Source: Klebsormidium nitens (lineage: Eukaryota; Plantae; Klebsormidiophyceae). Taken from it: 64,000 nt of DNA. The stretch spans positions 1 through 64,000 of the forward strand of contig DF237419.1 in the NCBI GenBank assembly GCA_000708835.1. Reading direction: 5' to 3'. This document shows, piece by piece, positions 11,311 to 23,341 of this stretch (positions within the stretch are counted from its first letter, which is position 1; every line of letters begins with the position of its first letter). Below the pieces are notes generated by a model. It did no database searches and was not told where the DNA came from. It worked only from the letters and a program-made list of their open reading frames with translations. A program made the position numbers and the translations under genes.

Positions 11311-12953
11311 ATGGCTCGAGATGAAGTGCAGCGCTTCATTGGAGCAAGGGACTTGACTGTGCTCGAAGGTCGTCCTCTGGTGTTTGAGAAGAACTCTGCT
11401 TTCAAAAGCTACCTGTGCTGCAATGGGCAGATAGCAAATCTGGCTACTTGGTGCATCCCAGCTTGCTTCTGTCCGGTTGGCACATTCTGTCCAGGCCGGT
11501 TGTATGAGCACTTCAGCTTACAGGTACAGCTGCTTCTTGAGCTGATGGTTGTCATCTGTATGTGTGCATTGATTGTTCATGTGGAGCCCCCACGGAAAAT
11601 GAATACCGCTTTAGCAATTGTTTCGTGATGGTTGTGAGATCAAGCTGAATTTGCAGTGCACGGACAACTGCTTTAGCTTCACAACGTGCTCCTATAAAAT
11701 CTGGAGCAGGCAACGTGCACAGAGTACGCAAGACCAGGTTGTTGTGAATGTACAAAGAAAAGCTGAAATGAAAGCAGAGAAAAGAAGTTTGATTTTGCAC
11801 TTCTTACGAAGTTTTTGAGCTCTATTGGATCGTAAATCAGGGTATTCGTGCTTTGACTTGCCATCTTCACTGGCACTCAGTCGGCGCGAATTTTGATTTA
11901 TAACTCGAGCTCCCGGTCCGTATAGAAAAGCTGACAGCTCGTGGGTCGCTTCCATGCAGCTAGGTGCAGACTCCTTGAAGTACTCCACAGCTACCAATGA
12001 CTGCTGCTGTCACATTGCCTACGAGCAGAAGACTGTGCCCTTGGACAAAATCCAGGATGTGGAGCTGCAAACAGATTGCCTGCTCAGCTGTTTCGACTTG
12101 AAAAAGGTATGCATAATCTCTGCTTTACTGAAGTGTCCACCTCAGTAGCTTCGATATACGAGACGGGATGGCATCAGGCATGTATATCTGGAACTGGCTG
12201 CCTGTCCAATTGCACATCCAATGAGCTTGTCAAAAGCTTCTGTGTTTGAAGCGACTTGATCAAAGTTCATAAGATTGCTCACGTATACAGACGGTCATGA
12301 AAGGATGGAAAGGTGCTGCGGTGTGGGCTGCATCTGAAAGTGAGAACATCCTTGCAACATCAGTACCTTGTAGTTGTTCATTGAAAGAGAAGCACGCCAT
12401 CTAAGCTCTCTATCTGGTTCTCTGGCATTCCAAAGCAGAGGTCAATGGACTGAGGCAGCAAGAGACCAGGCTACAAAGAGGTCAGGCTCTCTTCAGCAAG
12501 CAAGGTTCCGTGTGACTGCCCCACAGGCTCGCCTCTGACGTTTACATCTCGATGCAGATCGCCGTCCAGACAGCAGGGCAGGGCGGCCCCGGCGCCGAGG
12601 TCCAGGCGGCTTTCCTGACTGCCCCAGAGGAGGTCCGTGACGCCATCCAGCTGGCAGTCAAGTGCCACCGCGAGGCACCCACTACCGCCCCCCAGCAGCA
12701 AGCCGGCATGCTCCGGGGGCCAGCCGCCGCCAAAAATATGCTGCAGCGGCTGCAGGGTTTGGATCAGCTGGTGAAGCGGGGAGTGCTGACGCATGAGGAA
12801 GCCGGACGGCTTCGGACGCCGGTGCTGGTGGCGGATTCGGACCCCACGCAGCGGCTAGTGGAGGTGGCGGAGCTGGCTGATACGCAGGTCATTTCGCGGG
12901 AGGAGTTCGGGGAAGTCAAAGCCGCGCTGCTGGCGCAGATCATGAGGGCTTAG
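11311..12953 (+). CDS. Bacterial-type PH domain (bPH_2-like) protein with a Cys-rich N-terminus and two C-terminal SHOCT-like helices (251 aa)
   Basis: Exons 11311-11523, 11960-12106 and 12558-12953, all phase 0 with GT-AG. Motif KTVPLDKIQDVELQTDCLLSCFDLKKIAVQTAG...LTAPEEVRDAI resembles bPH_2. LQGLDQLVKRGVLTHEE and LVEVAELADTQVISREEFGEVKAALL resemble SHOCT. Confidence 0.75.
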
Positions 12954-15658
12954 GCCGTGTAGACGAGGGAAGAAAGATTTGATGTTCTTGGTTTGGAAAC
13001 GATGGATAGGTTGTGGTTTTCTTGAGTCCGAGTGATGAAGCTGTCAAGCTCACGGACCTTGAAGGATGCTCCACTAGATTGAGTTTGGGCCAGATATTAA
13101 TCTTGGCCAGGATCTTAGCACATCAAAATCGAGATACGGTGGTCCGAAGTGAGAAAACCATGCAGCCTCGTAGCTTATCATGTAGGATATATTAACGAGA
13201 CAAATGTGCCAAACAGAATTTGAACGGCGTCCTCTATAGCTCTTCTATTTGAGATTTATGTGCGATGCGATGCGACTCGTGTCATTGATCGAAGGCCCGG
13301 TCCTGCCGCGCGCTGTGTTCAGCCAACCTAGATTCTGAACCGCTTGTCGTCACGGCGCAACTCAAAAGCACAGATAATGCATGCAACGCTGACACACTGC
13401 AGATTGCATCGCTTCCTGGAGTCCGTTAATTTGCGGAGCTGCAATGCCTACAGGCAGATTTGATACACTACCAACTTTAGTATGGCCGGGCCTCGCCCGA
13501 TCATCAAGCTCGATCCGCATTGGGCAACGGGCTAACAACTTTTGATTACAATGATCCGTTACCATGGTTTTCTAGCCCGCCGAGGTGAACGGGTTCTACA
13601 GGGCTTTCAAGCGCGCGCTGACCACACTAGGAAAACAATAAGTGAACTTTGGCATGATGACGGATTCCCATTACTGGAAACGAGCCCCGCGGGGTGCCTT
13701 CTGGCAGGGAAAACTGTATCTTTCACTGCCAAAGAAAGAGGATACAAAAGCAGGCGCAGGAGTTCGACAACGACGTGATTAGATAGTCGTACAATATGAA
13801 TGGACAGATCCTTTTTGGCACCACTGCTTGAGCAGTTGACGTCCGTCTTCTGCCGGCATTCTCCCGTCCCAGCTGTTGTAGTGCTGCCATTCATACGAAA
13901 AGAAGGACTATAAGCGACGTCACAGATACGAGCGCAAGATTAGTACTTGCGACCACGAGAAGGAAGTACACATGCAACACGTTGTACACAAGGACGAAGT
14001 CAATCTATGTCCCTGGGACCGACCTTGAGGGACCAAGAAAGAAAGTTCTTCCAGTCAGTCTTAGTTGGACGACTGCCCCTGGTTCAGATGTCATCCTGCT
14101 TCAGCACTAACCATATGAGGTCCTGATCATGCGCCGATTTGCCTGGAGCAAAGAATGAAAGCAATGCAAAGTAAGCATTCTCAGCTTGAACCAAATTAAG
14201 CGTTCTCAAATTGAGCCCAAGAAATATAAGCTCGTTAGCAAATGTGCTTGGTATGGCCCTCACAGGGCCCAAAGAAACGAGGGCGAACTTCACTTACGTC
14301 ATGATGATGCAACGCAGGAGCTGCGGCATGATGTATTACTGTATTATAATGCAATAATGCACCGTCAATTCACCATGAGGCAATTTGACATGCATGGCGT
14401 CGAACACACGGCCTCTTGGTCTTGTTTGATGCAAGCAATACGTTGTTTCGACGTTCTCGCACCTCCCACGACATCCGCTGCTTCCCCAAACGGACGTTTG
14501 ATTTCCGACATTGACTCGAGTCACATGAAGGGCCTAGTACAATCATGATACGGCGTTCTGTAAGGTATACCTATACAAAGCAGCGGCTAATTAACTGCAC
14601 GGCGGCCATGCAGCGCAGCGCACGCGAGCTTGGCATGCAGTTGCAGTCCTCGCGCTAATAGGATTATCGGTATTTGGCCATAGCGTGTGTCCCGGCGATC
14701 ACGGGCGCCATGATGCTAGCTAAAGCTAGTGGATAGGGACATACGAAATGCAACCCGGATGTCTATGTCAGCATGGGCGGTCAAAACTGCATGAGACCAG
14801 GCCGATTCCTAATTAGTCGGTCTGAGCTGTTGAGAGGAGATTCGCGCGCATGGTGGTTGCAACGTGCAAAGCGGAACCGTGACTTCGTGCAGCTGTACTA
14901 TACTCAATTATGATGGCGTTACGTCTCAACAAATGAGCTCATGCAAAGTCAAGAAACCAAGACGCCATGAACAATGTTCCTTCCTCACAGGCTTCGAATG
15001 CAGTTGCAAAGCCATCATGCTTCGATCGAGCCTGCATATTTTCGTAAGCAGCAACCGACATACTTTCCTGGCGCAACATACCCTTGACCAATTTCGATGA
15101 GATAGGAGGGTAATTGCACCCATTCATGCAATTTGCGCTGAACATGACAACAGTTGTCCGCCAGAATTAGGACCCCAACAGTAGGACCTTTGCGTTTACA
15201 GTCCGTGCTTATGAAAGGAATAAGGCACCAGGCAGTTCGGATTCCGACATTGTGTATACAGGCTATGGCACAGTCCAAGCAAGCCGACGCAGACAACGTC
15301 TGACAAACACCTGGGACTGCTGCCAAAACATAGTCAAGACTCTCAAAGGAGCTGCGCTTGAGACAAAGTTCCCGTACCAGCAGTTCCCATAAATATGCTT
15401 GCTCTACTTAGTCGGGTGACAAAGGGAGACCTGCCTGTCCTACGAGTTTATCTATGCCAAAACGGAAGAGGCCAGGATCTCGAAAGGATCCTACAAATTC
15501 TGTACGACCCCTTCAGAATTTTTTATTCCAACTACTGTTCCAGCCAATTGCCACAGGAGAGTATGACATCTACCTAGAGAGACCTATGCAATGTCCGTCT
15601 GTACTAAACAAGGCTTGATTTTGGCGTTCGCCTGGCAGTAGTCATTTGCAGGAGAACC

Positions 15659-18600
15659 TTATTGCTTCTCGACCTTCGAGACTGGTGAAATCGTTCCAAA
15701 AGAAAGTCGAAATGTGCCGCTCGTGTTGATAGAATAGTTGCCCCCGTAAGGAGGCCTGCAAGCAACAAACTGAAAACGTTAGGGATGGAAGGTCGGGCCA
15801 ACAACAAAAGGCTCGCTAAAAACAAATGTGTATCATCGAAAATGCAAAGATCGGCAGTTCTTGAAAGCAATAGCACAAGAACCAACCATTATCAGACCAT
15901 AAGTGCAACGGGTTGAGATCCACGTGATGCTGCACGCAAGAACAACTCAGGACTTGGCAAGCATGGTGCACCCCTGTCGTTATCAATCTGCAACTTCAAC
16001 TCCATGCTTCTTTAACTTGTGTACTTATAAACAAGCCGGATGGTGAAGCAGGCCTCAAAAGGGTGTCAAAAACGACCAGAGATGCAGCTTACGTGTCCCA
16101 GTCGCCAGCCCCGTTAGTGACCACGAATTGGAGTGACGAGGCCGGTACGCGAATGACCTGTAAAAGAGATGGCACTAAGAGCACTAAACATACAGAAACC
16201 AATTTCTGCCGCTCTTGAACGTCAAGGACCGGCTGAATATTACTTGGTGCAAGCAGAAGGTAAAACCATGCACGTTTCTCTAGCTCGCAGATCCGTCCTA
16301 CGAGGCCCGGCTTTCATTTGAAAGGACCTTCTTCGACGGTACCCTCTTTAGCCATCGAAAAATCTGTTGAGATCGCCCGGCTCGAAGCACCAAGCCCATC
16401 ATGACCAGAGTTCGCGAACTAAAGGAATGAATGTACGAGCTCGGCTTTGCGGAGACGGAGCTCGCCGTGGTTTCCTCCGCTCATCTTTTCAGTCATTGCG
16501 GATGCAAATGTTCTGTCCTTTGAAGTCATGCAACCACTCAACAAGGAAAATTCCTTTCGGATTGATCCGATGACCAACATCGATGGCACAACGGAGCAGG
16601 AGTCCCCCACCTTGCTGTCCTGTTCGGCGTCAAAGCCAAACTGCACCCCGGGCAGTTCCGTCCAACTCCCGCCATCGGCCGCGAAGTGCAGGAAGGCCTT
16701 GTCCCAGCCGCTGTCGTACAGGAGCGTGATGACCCCGGCCTCAGGCGCCGTTTCCTCCGTGCCCGGAGCGAGGGCCTGGTTGATCGCGCGCTCCGCTTCC
16801 TGTATGGAGAGAGACGATGTGGATCCACAGAGCTGCTTTTATATGACTTCCGGGGGCCATCGGTGAAAGATCAAGGAAGTAAAAGAACACGTCGGCCCTT
16901 GAGACAAGGTCTAGGCCCTACTTAAGGACAGAGACAAGAAGAGCAAGACGCTTGAGCTGAAATACTTGACACCTGAAAGTCGCACCTCGTTCCTCGAACA
17001 ACATCACACTGCGCATTGCCAACCGACTATCCCATCATGGACAAACGCGAGAACTCGCAACATCTCACATCGTTGTCGTATCGTGCATCAGTGAAAGGCA
17101 AACGAGAAAAGGAGATACAAACCATGCGCACAAACTGCGCGGATGCGAACACAAACGATGATTCAAAGGTACATCGGAATCAAATACCCACCGTAACTTT
17201 GGTCTGGTCCTCTTCGGCAGTGCCCTCCTCTTCCTGTTCTTCACCCCTCTCTTCTCCCTCGGTCGCTTCCATCTCTGTTCCTTCCGGTACTTCCTCATCC
17301 GTTTCTTCTGGCGCCCTCTCAGTCTCCGTCTCGTCTGCCCCCTCCGTCTCTTCATTGACTGTCTCTGCGGCACCAGTGACCGGCTCCGCCGCCTCCCTAA
17401 CCGACTCCTGTGCAGCCTCTGCGGGGCCGCTAACCGCCTCACTAACCACGTCCTTGGCCCCACTAACCACATCCCCAGCTTCCTTCGCTTTCTCCTCAAC
17501 CTCCTCTTTGACTGTGTCTGCAGAGTCTTTGACTGCCTCGCTGGCCGCCTCTGCAGTCCCACTAACCACCTCACTAACCGGCTTGCTAACCTCCTCGGTT
17601 TCCTCATCTGCTATTCGTCCAAACACAGACGTGTCAGAGCTCGAGGCGTCCTCTTCAGCCGAGTCGTCCTCCCCTTCAGCGGTGTCAAACTTCTCGGCTG
17701 CAGAGGCAGCCAACTCCTGTGCGCCTGACTTAACACCATGTGCCGCCGACTTGACTCCCTCTACGGCCTCGCTGGTAGCCTCCTTCACTCCTTCCAAACC
17801 CTCTCCGGCCGCTTCTTTGACGGACTCGAGAACAGCCTCGGGACTCTCTGCACCAGGCTGCTCAACCTTAACTTCCTCCTTAACCTCGTCCTCGACCTCG
17901 TGCTTCACCCCCTCCTCGCTAACCTCATCCTCGACAGCCTTCTCAGCCTTGACTTCGTCCTTAACCTCACCCTTAACCTCCTCCCTACCCTCCTCTTCAG
18001 CATTCTCCTCCGACAGCGCTTCCTCTGCCGCCTCGTTCATTTCCTCGAGCCCTTCGGCAACAGCGCTCACTTCTTCAATCTTCTCAGGAACTTCCTCAGC
18101 CCTTGCCTCCAGATCCTCGCTCTCCGCATCCTCTGCCTCAGGCCCTTCAGCGGCAGCACTAGGCACCTCTGCACAGTCCTCGATGTTTGCATCTGGAATA
18201 GCCGCTTCAGCCGCCTCTAGTTCCTTCTTGACTTCCGCGCTTACAGTTGGCTCCTCTGGGATGCTCTCAGCTTTCACCTCCGAGACTGGCTCCGTCAAAG
18301 TGCTCTCCGCCGCAACTGGCTCCTCTCGGATGCTCTCCTCATTCTCATCTGGAATTGGCTCCTCAGCAGCGCTCTCAGTCTTCTCTTCTGCCACTGGAGC
18401 AGCCTCGTCTTCCCCCTCGGAAACCTGTGCTTCTGCCTGCTCCTCACTTTCTCGGCTGCTCTTCGTTGCATCTTCGGCAGCATCCTGGACTTCTGACTTC
18501 GTGCTCCCTGCCTCTGCAACCACTCCAACAATCTCTTCTTCCTCATTTACAAAGTCAGGGACATTTGCATCCGGAATCACCTCCTCCGTCGCCTCTGGAA

Positions 18601-21600
18601 GCAACTCCGCGTCTGCTTCTGAGCTGGCTGCAGCTTTGTCCGCTGCTTCAGAAGGAATCTGGACAGGACTTGCCGCTGCGGCCTCAGCCTCGGCAGTCGC
18701 CTCGGTCTTGGGGACGAGGGTAGTGCTCAGTCCCTGAAGAAGACGAAGAACAATATGAGCACAGAGACGTTTGCAAAAAGAAAGAATTAAGCATGCTTTA
18801 AAAAAGCTGAGCATGATACTAAACAATCAACCATACCTCACTGCTGCTTACAACACAGTTCATGCCATGCGATTGGAAACCTCAGCATCATAGCCTGCGC
18901 CTGCATGCAAACTCACTAAAATCTCAATCTTCCATTCCGAGGGCCCTTCCAGCCCTGTTTCAGAAGGCCCAACGGTGGACGGGTGAAACCCTCACCGACC
19001 ACTCCCTCAAAAGCTCTTGCGGTGCCACCTTTGTATCCAGGAAGTTCTGGACTTGCTTGATGGTCTCTTTCCGATCCTTGGCAAACAGCAGCTTCTTCAC
19101 AAATACTTGAACCGCGGCTGCAGACCCCAGCAGCTGTAGCGCTGTCTCTGCCTGCAGAGTGAAAGGTTGTTGGCTTCCTTGCTTTGACGAAAAAGTCCAT
19201 GTCTGCAGAGCAATGGTCTGTTGATCCTTGGCTGGCTGCAAGGTATGTCCCAAAATTATAAGGCATGTTCATTTTCAAGAAGTCAGCAGCGACAGTTCGA
19301 ATCGGACAGACTTCCCACATGCATATTCCAGAAAAAGGTTTCATATGAAGGCCACCCTTGCGTCCAGATAATGTCGGTGCAGCTCTGAAAACTCAGCATC
19401 CAAATCCAATTGTAACCCCAGGGCGGCATTTTAACAAAGGGAGAGCGTTAGCGCAAGGTAATCTTACTGGGGGCAAAACGAAAGCATGATGATACTGGAT
19501 AGAATTAATTCCCGAGTGTGATGAGAACATCTTGCACTCAAGACTTGACGTATTGCAAGTGCAGGAGAACTGACCTCTGTGAAGAGGATGAGCGATACAC
19601 CAGCAGCGGCTGCGACTCCAAGTGTGGCTGGCAACACCTGCTTGTTGTCCTGCAATTCCTGCAGATCAGAGGCGAGGTCCTTGAAGGAAGGCTCCGTAAC
19701 ATCACCAACCCCCCAGCCTCTGACCTTTAAGCCCCTCGCTGGAACAGCAACCTTCAAACCTTTGCATATACTTTGTGTGGAGATGCAGGTAGAAATCCAA
19801 CCAGATCCTACAGACGATCTAAACACGGACTAGAGCATGGGGGAGGTGCTTGAAGCGGACTTCCATAGGGTGACTGGTAAATAAGCGGCCTAATTCTTCA
19901 CAATCCTTTACAACAATCTGGTAAAGCAAGACAGCTATGATGAATGGAGCCTAAAGACAAACTATCTAGGTAGCTGTACCAAGCAGACTGTACAAAGAGA
20001 ACATCAGCAAGGCCGATGGAACCACAGTAACTTGTCAACGTTTGTTCTTGAAAAGGAGAACAAACCAGAGGACAGGGTTGTATTGTCTTCAGAAGGAGTG
20101 GATGTTGCCAGACAATCCTACAACAGCGTTTACAATGCCCTGTAGGGGCGACATTGTACACAGCGAATCGCACAATGTGTGCAGCAAGCAGCGTCTTCAG
20201 TCGGCTTCCTTCAATCACCTTGAGAGGCCTCCTAAACTGCGCGCTAATTTCACCACGACCATACCTTATGCACCGGGCATCTGCTATGGTTACTACTTGA
20301 CACATGTTGCGTCGCTACGACTACAGCCTCAGTGGCATCCTCCCTCTACTCTATGGTGTGTTCCTATCTGTGTCTAGTGAGCTTGGGACCACCCTTGTCA
20401 GCAGACGGCTTCTCAAGAATCAGTCTGCAAGCAATTGGACTTGTGTAAGTAGTCGGAGCTTTTCTGAAGTAACTTAAATGACTTCGGCATTCTATTTTGC
20501 GACCAGTGGTTGGGGATTTTCCAACCCCTGACCACTCTGGTGGGGCTCGAGGGCTTGCAAACATTGAAAGACAGCAACAGGAAGTTGTTTGAACGCGACT
20601 CTCTTAAGAAGCGGACGCTTCAGAATAAGGGACAAGGAACCAGCTTTACTCCAGAAAGAGGGGGTGAAAATGCAGAATACGCACCTGAATCGTGCTTGTG
20701 ACAGCGTCCTTGATCTCGCCCAGATCTAGAGTGAACGTCTGTGGGGTTCTCCAAGGAAGCTGGCTCTCCTGAAGGCAGCAATGTTAAAAGTCTATGAATA
20801 AAAGTGCGGGGCAAACTTTCGACGAGCACGCGAAAACTCTGCAAATAACAAGGCACCTGCAGACTTCTTCCAATTCAAGGGTCGACCTGGCACAAGAAGC
20901 AACTGCATTTACGGCTCAAATGGTCAGCATTGTGCAATTTCAACCTTTATTTCTCTGTCCTGTAACAGACCGCACCACGCAGGAGGTGCCTGGCTTCAGA
21001 AGATGTTGCGAAGGTGCTGACTGGTGACACAGAGATAAATCAGTGGTTTGGTTGAAGAGCATTGCTGGAACCACCAAAGAGAAGGCAAAAAAACGGCTAT
21101 CTCAAATGGAGTAGCCGGAAGACGGCTATCTCAACTTGAGTAGCCCGAGGACGTGCCAAGGGTTTTGGAACAAAATGTCCCGAGCTCCTCTTAAAACTCA
21201 CCCTCCACCCTTGCGGCCCTTGCGCTCCTCCGTTCACGACAAACACGCGGCTGTAGCCTTCCTTAGAGAGGATCTTTGCTGCCTGGGCGGCTGACGAGCC
21301 CGCGCTGCAGGAACAATTGTAACATTAGCAAGAGAAAACTTTGGAGATATGCAAAAAAGCTATTGCACCAAGTTCGGCGTATTGACCTTTTCTTAAAACC
21401 TCAAAAGGTCAAGGACTCAACCACAATCAGCTGATCGAGAAATCTATGCGAATAGCTTCAAGCCTGCAAAGAAAACAGACTATGCATCATCTGAAAAACA
21501 AGAGGGCGCTTTGAGGAGAAAGAATGCCGCTAAGGATGCGTAATGCCATGGTTTGATTGCCTGCTGCCATGAAGCCAAAGAACTAAATTACACCATTACC

Positions 21601-22804
21601 AAGAGCAGATAAAGGCACCGTAAAAGGTCTTGTGGGCTTCTTGAGTAGCATGTTTTCACGTTTGAAGCACTTCACTGTAGCAGTTCACTACCCTGAACCC
21701 GTAAGCTCACTCAACATTAGGATTTCAGCGGAACCAGAGCAAATGTGCTTTACAAACCCTGTCAATGCTGCAGTTCAGTGGCTGCATTCCAAAATAGATA
21801 TCGGCAGATACCAAAAGCCGCCAACAGCAAACCAGCACCCACATTCCGATTTACCTGTCCAGAAGCACAATAAGGGCGCCCTGGTCCAACGCCCTGCCCT
21901 TTACCGCTGTCCGCAGCTCTTCCTCAGCCCCCAGTCCCGCATCAGACTCCATAGCAACCGACAACACCTTCCGACCAAGCTTCGGGCTCCCCTCCTTAGC
22001 ATTCTCATCCTTGCTCCTGATATCTACGAGGACCGCTCCGTCCTCTTTATTCAACCTCGCAAAGGCCTCGCTGGCACTCAAGTTCCCAGCATACCCCTTA
22101 TTCATGCTCAAAAACAGAAGGATAGGGATGGAAACTGCCGCAACCCCTACGGCGACATACAGTGGGTTTGCGCTGAGGGCATTCCCAATGTCCCCCGCTT
22201 GGGCCTTCCACTCGTCTAAAGACTTGTACCCGTCGATGAGCTCCTGGTCCCAGTAGTCCAGGGCCCACTTCACATCGGGGTTGTCCGCCCGCAGTTTGCT
22301 TAACCACGTCCCCGACTGGATGTCTGCCAGCTGCGCGCCCCAGTCGTCCAGAGACTTGTAACCGTCCTCCAACTCCTTATCCCAGTAATCGAACGCCCAC
22401 TTGATGGTGGGGTTGCCCTGTCTCAGGTTTGCAAGCTGTGCCTTCCATTCATCAAGGGACTTGTACCCGTCCTCCAGCTCCATATCCCAGTAATCGAGGG
22501 CCCACTTCACATCTTTGTTGTTTTCCCTCAAGTCTCCGAGGAATGTACCCAAGGGCAGCGTGGGGATCGCCTGTAAACTCTCAAAACCCTTAAAACCTGC
22601 GGCGGAGCACCTCACGCCAGCCCGCCTCCTGGTCGACTTCCACGAACCCAACCCTTCAGAGGCGCCCAAGCCTACGACCGAATCGTGAGGAACTATCCTC
22701 TGCGCAGAACATGGCAGTTGCTGGGCTTCTGTAATTCTCCCCCTTGAAAAGGAGGAAGGTACAGCTAGCCCAGAGACCAGCCGCTGAGCACTGGCGGCCG
22801 CCAT
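15659..22804 (-). CDS. TROL/STR4-like thylakoid rhodanese-like protein fused to a long acidic spacer and a C-terminal CBM25-like starch-binding module (1089 aa, 9 exons)
   Basis: Exons (minus strand) 22804-21855, 21304-21202, 20768-20685, 19658-19575, 19151-18996, 18733-17192, 16799-16611, 16157-16093, 15755-15659; all GT-AG with consistent phases, 3270 nt in total. Transit-peptide-like N-terminus. TM1 NPLYVAVGVAAVSIPILLFL. Rhodanese AVLVDIRS...IVLLDSAGSS...GGAQGPQGWRESQLPW. TM2 followed by the TROL signature AETALQLLGSAAAVQVFVKKLLFAKDRKETIKQVQNFLDTKVAPQEL. CBM-like ITLLYDSGWDKAFLHFAADGGSWTELPGV...LQFVVTNGAGDWDT...GNYSINTSGTFRLSFGTI. Confidence 0.85.
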
Positions 22805-23341
22805 GGCTTCCCAAGTTGTCGAAGAGAATGTGTGCAAGGTAGCTGTGAATGCTGTTTAATGTCCTTCAGCATCTGATTCTGGGGCCGGCTGAAGTACCCA
22901 CTTTGCGGACTTCTTGTCCGCCAATTCCGGTACAATTGATTGCCAGATTTTGCTGCTTGCTGGCATAGGCCGTAGGTATATGTTGTCCGAAAGCGCCTTC
23001 GGACGCTTTGCTGGACACTATGTAGCGCCAGCCTCCAGGGTACTAGTATCACGAGCAGCCTTTGAGCTTACCGGTATATGCAAAGTTTCCCCTGAAATCG
23101 AAGTTCTTTGCCTTTCTCCCCAGCTTCAATCCCTGGTACAGTCCTTCCCTGGACACCATAACACGCAGCGTGCCTCCTGGTTTGTAACTTGTAGCTGCTC
23201 TTGTAAATGCTCACACTGCAACCTTGGCCAATCCGCTTGACAACTCCCTGTCTCCTGAGCTTAGCTTTGGTTTCTTGTAGCAGTGGGAGTTCACAAGGAG
23301 TTTTGGGAAGCTAGCAATCCTGTTGCACGACACCAGGTCGG
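22805..23341. promoter_or_regulatory. Short divergent (head-to-head) intergenic region between the TROL-like and VPS10-like genes
   Basis: Start codons at 22804 (-) and 23342 (+) are separated by 537 bp. No specific sites identified. Confidence 0.5.

Noticed and set aside
13300-14560. Short ORFs suggesting a decayed gene or transposon
   Set aside because: Frequent stops, no recognisable motif and no consistent exon chain; could not be supported without a translated search.
15015-16500. Alternative terminal exons for the CBM-like domain (YLIEIGQGYVAPGKY at ~15050-15120; AMTEKMSGG at ~16419-16500)
   Set aside because: Exons 16157-16093 and 15755-15659 fit the splice phases and CBM25 pattern better.
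17016-18737. 573-aa Ser-rich ORF on the + strand
   Set aside because: Antisense shadow of the Glu/Ala-rich exon of the TROL-like gene; low-complexity antisense frames often lack stops.
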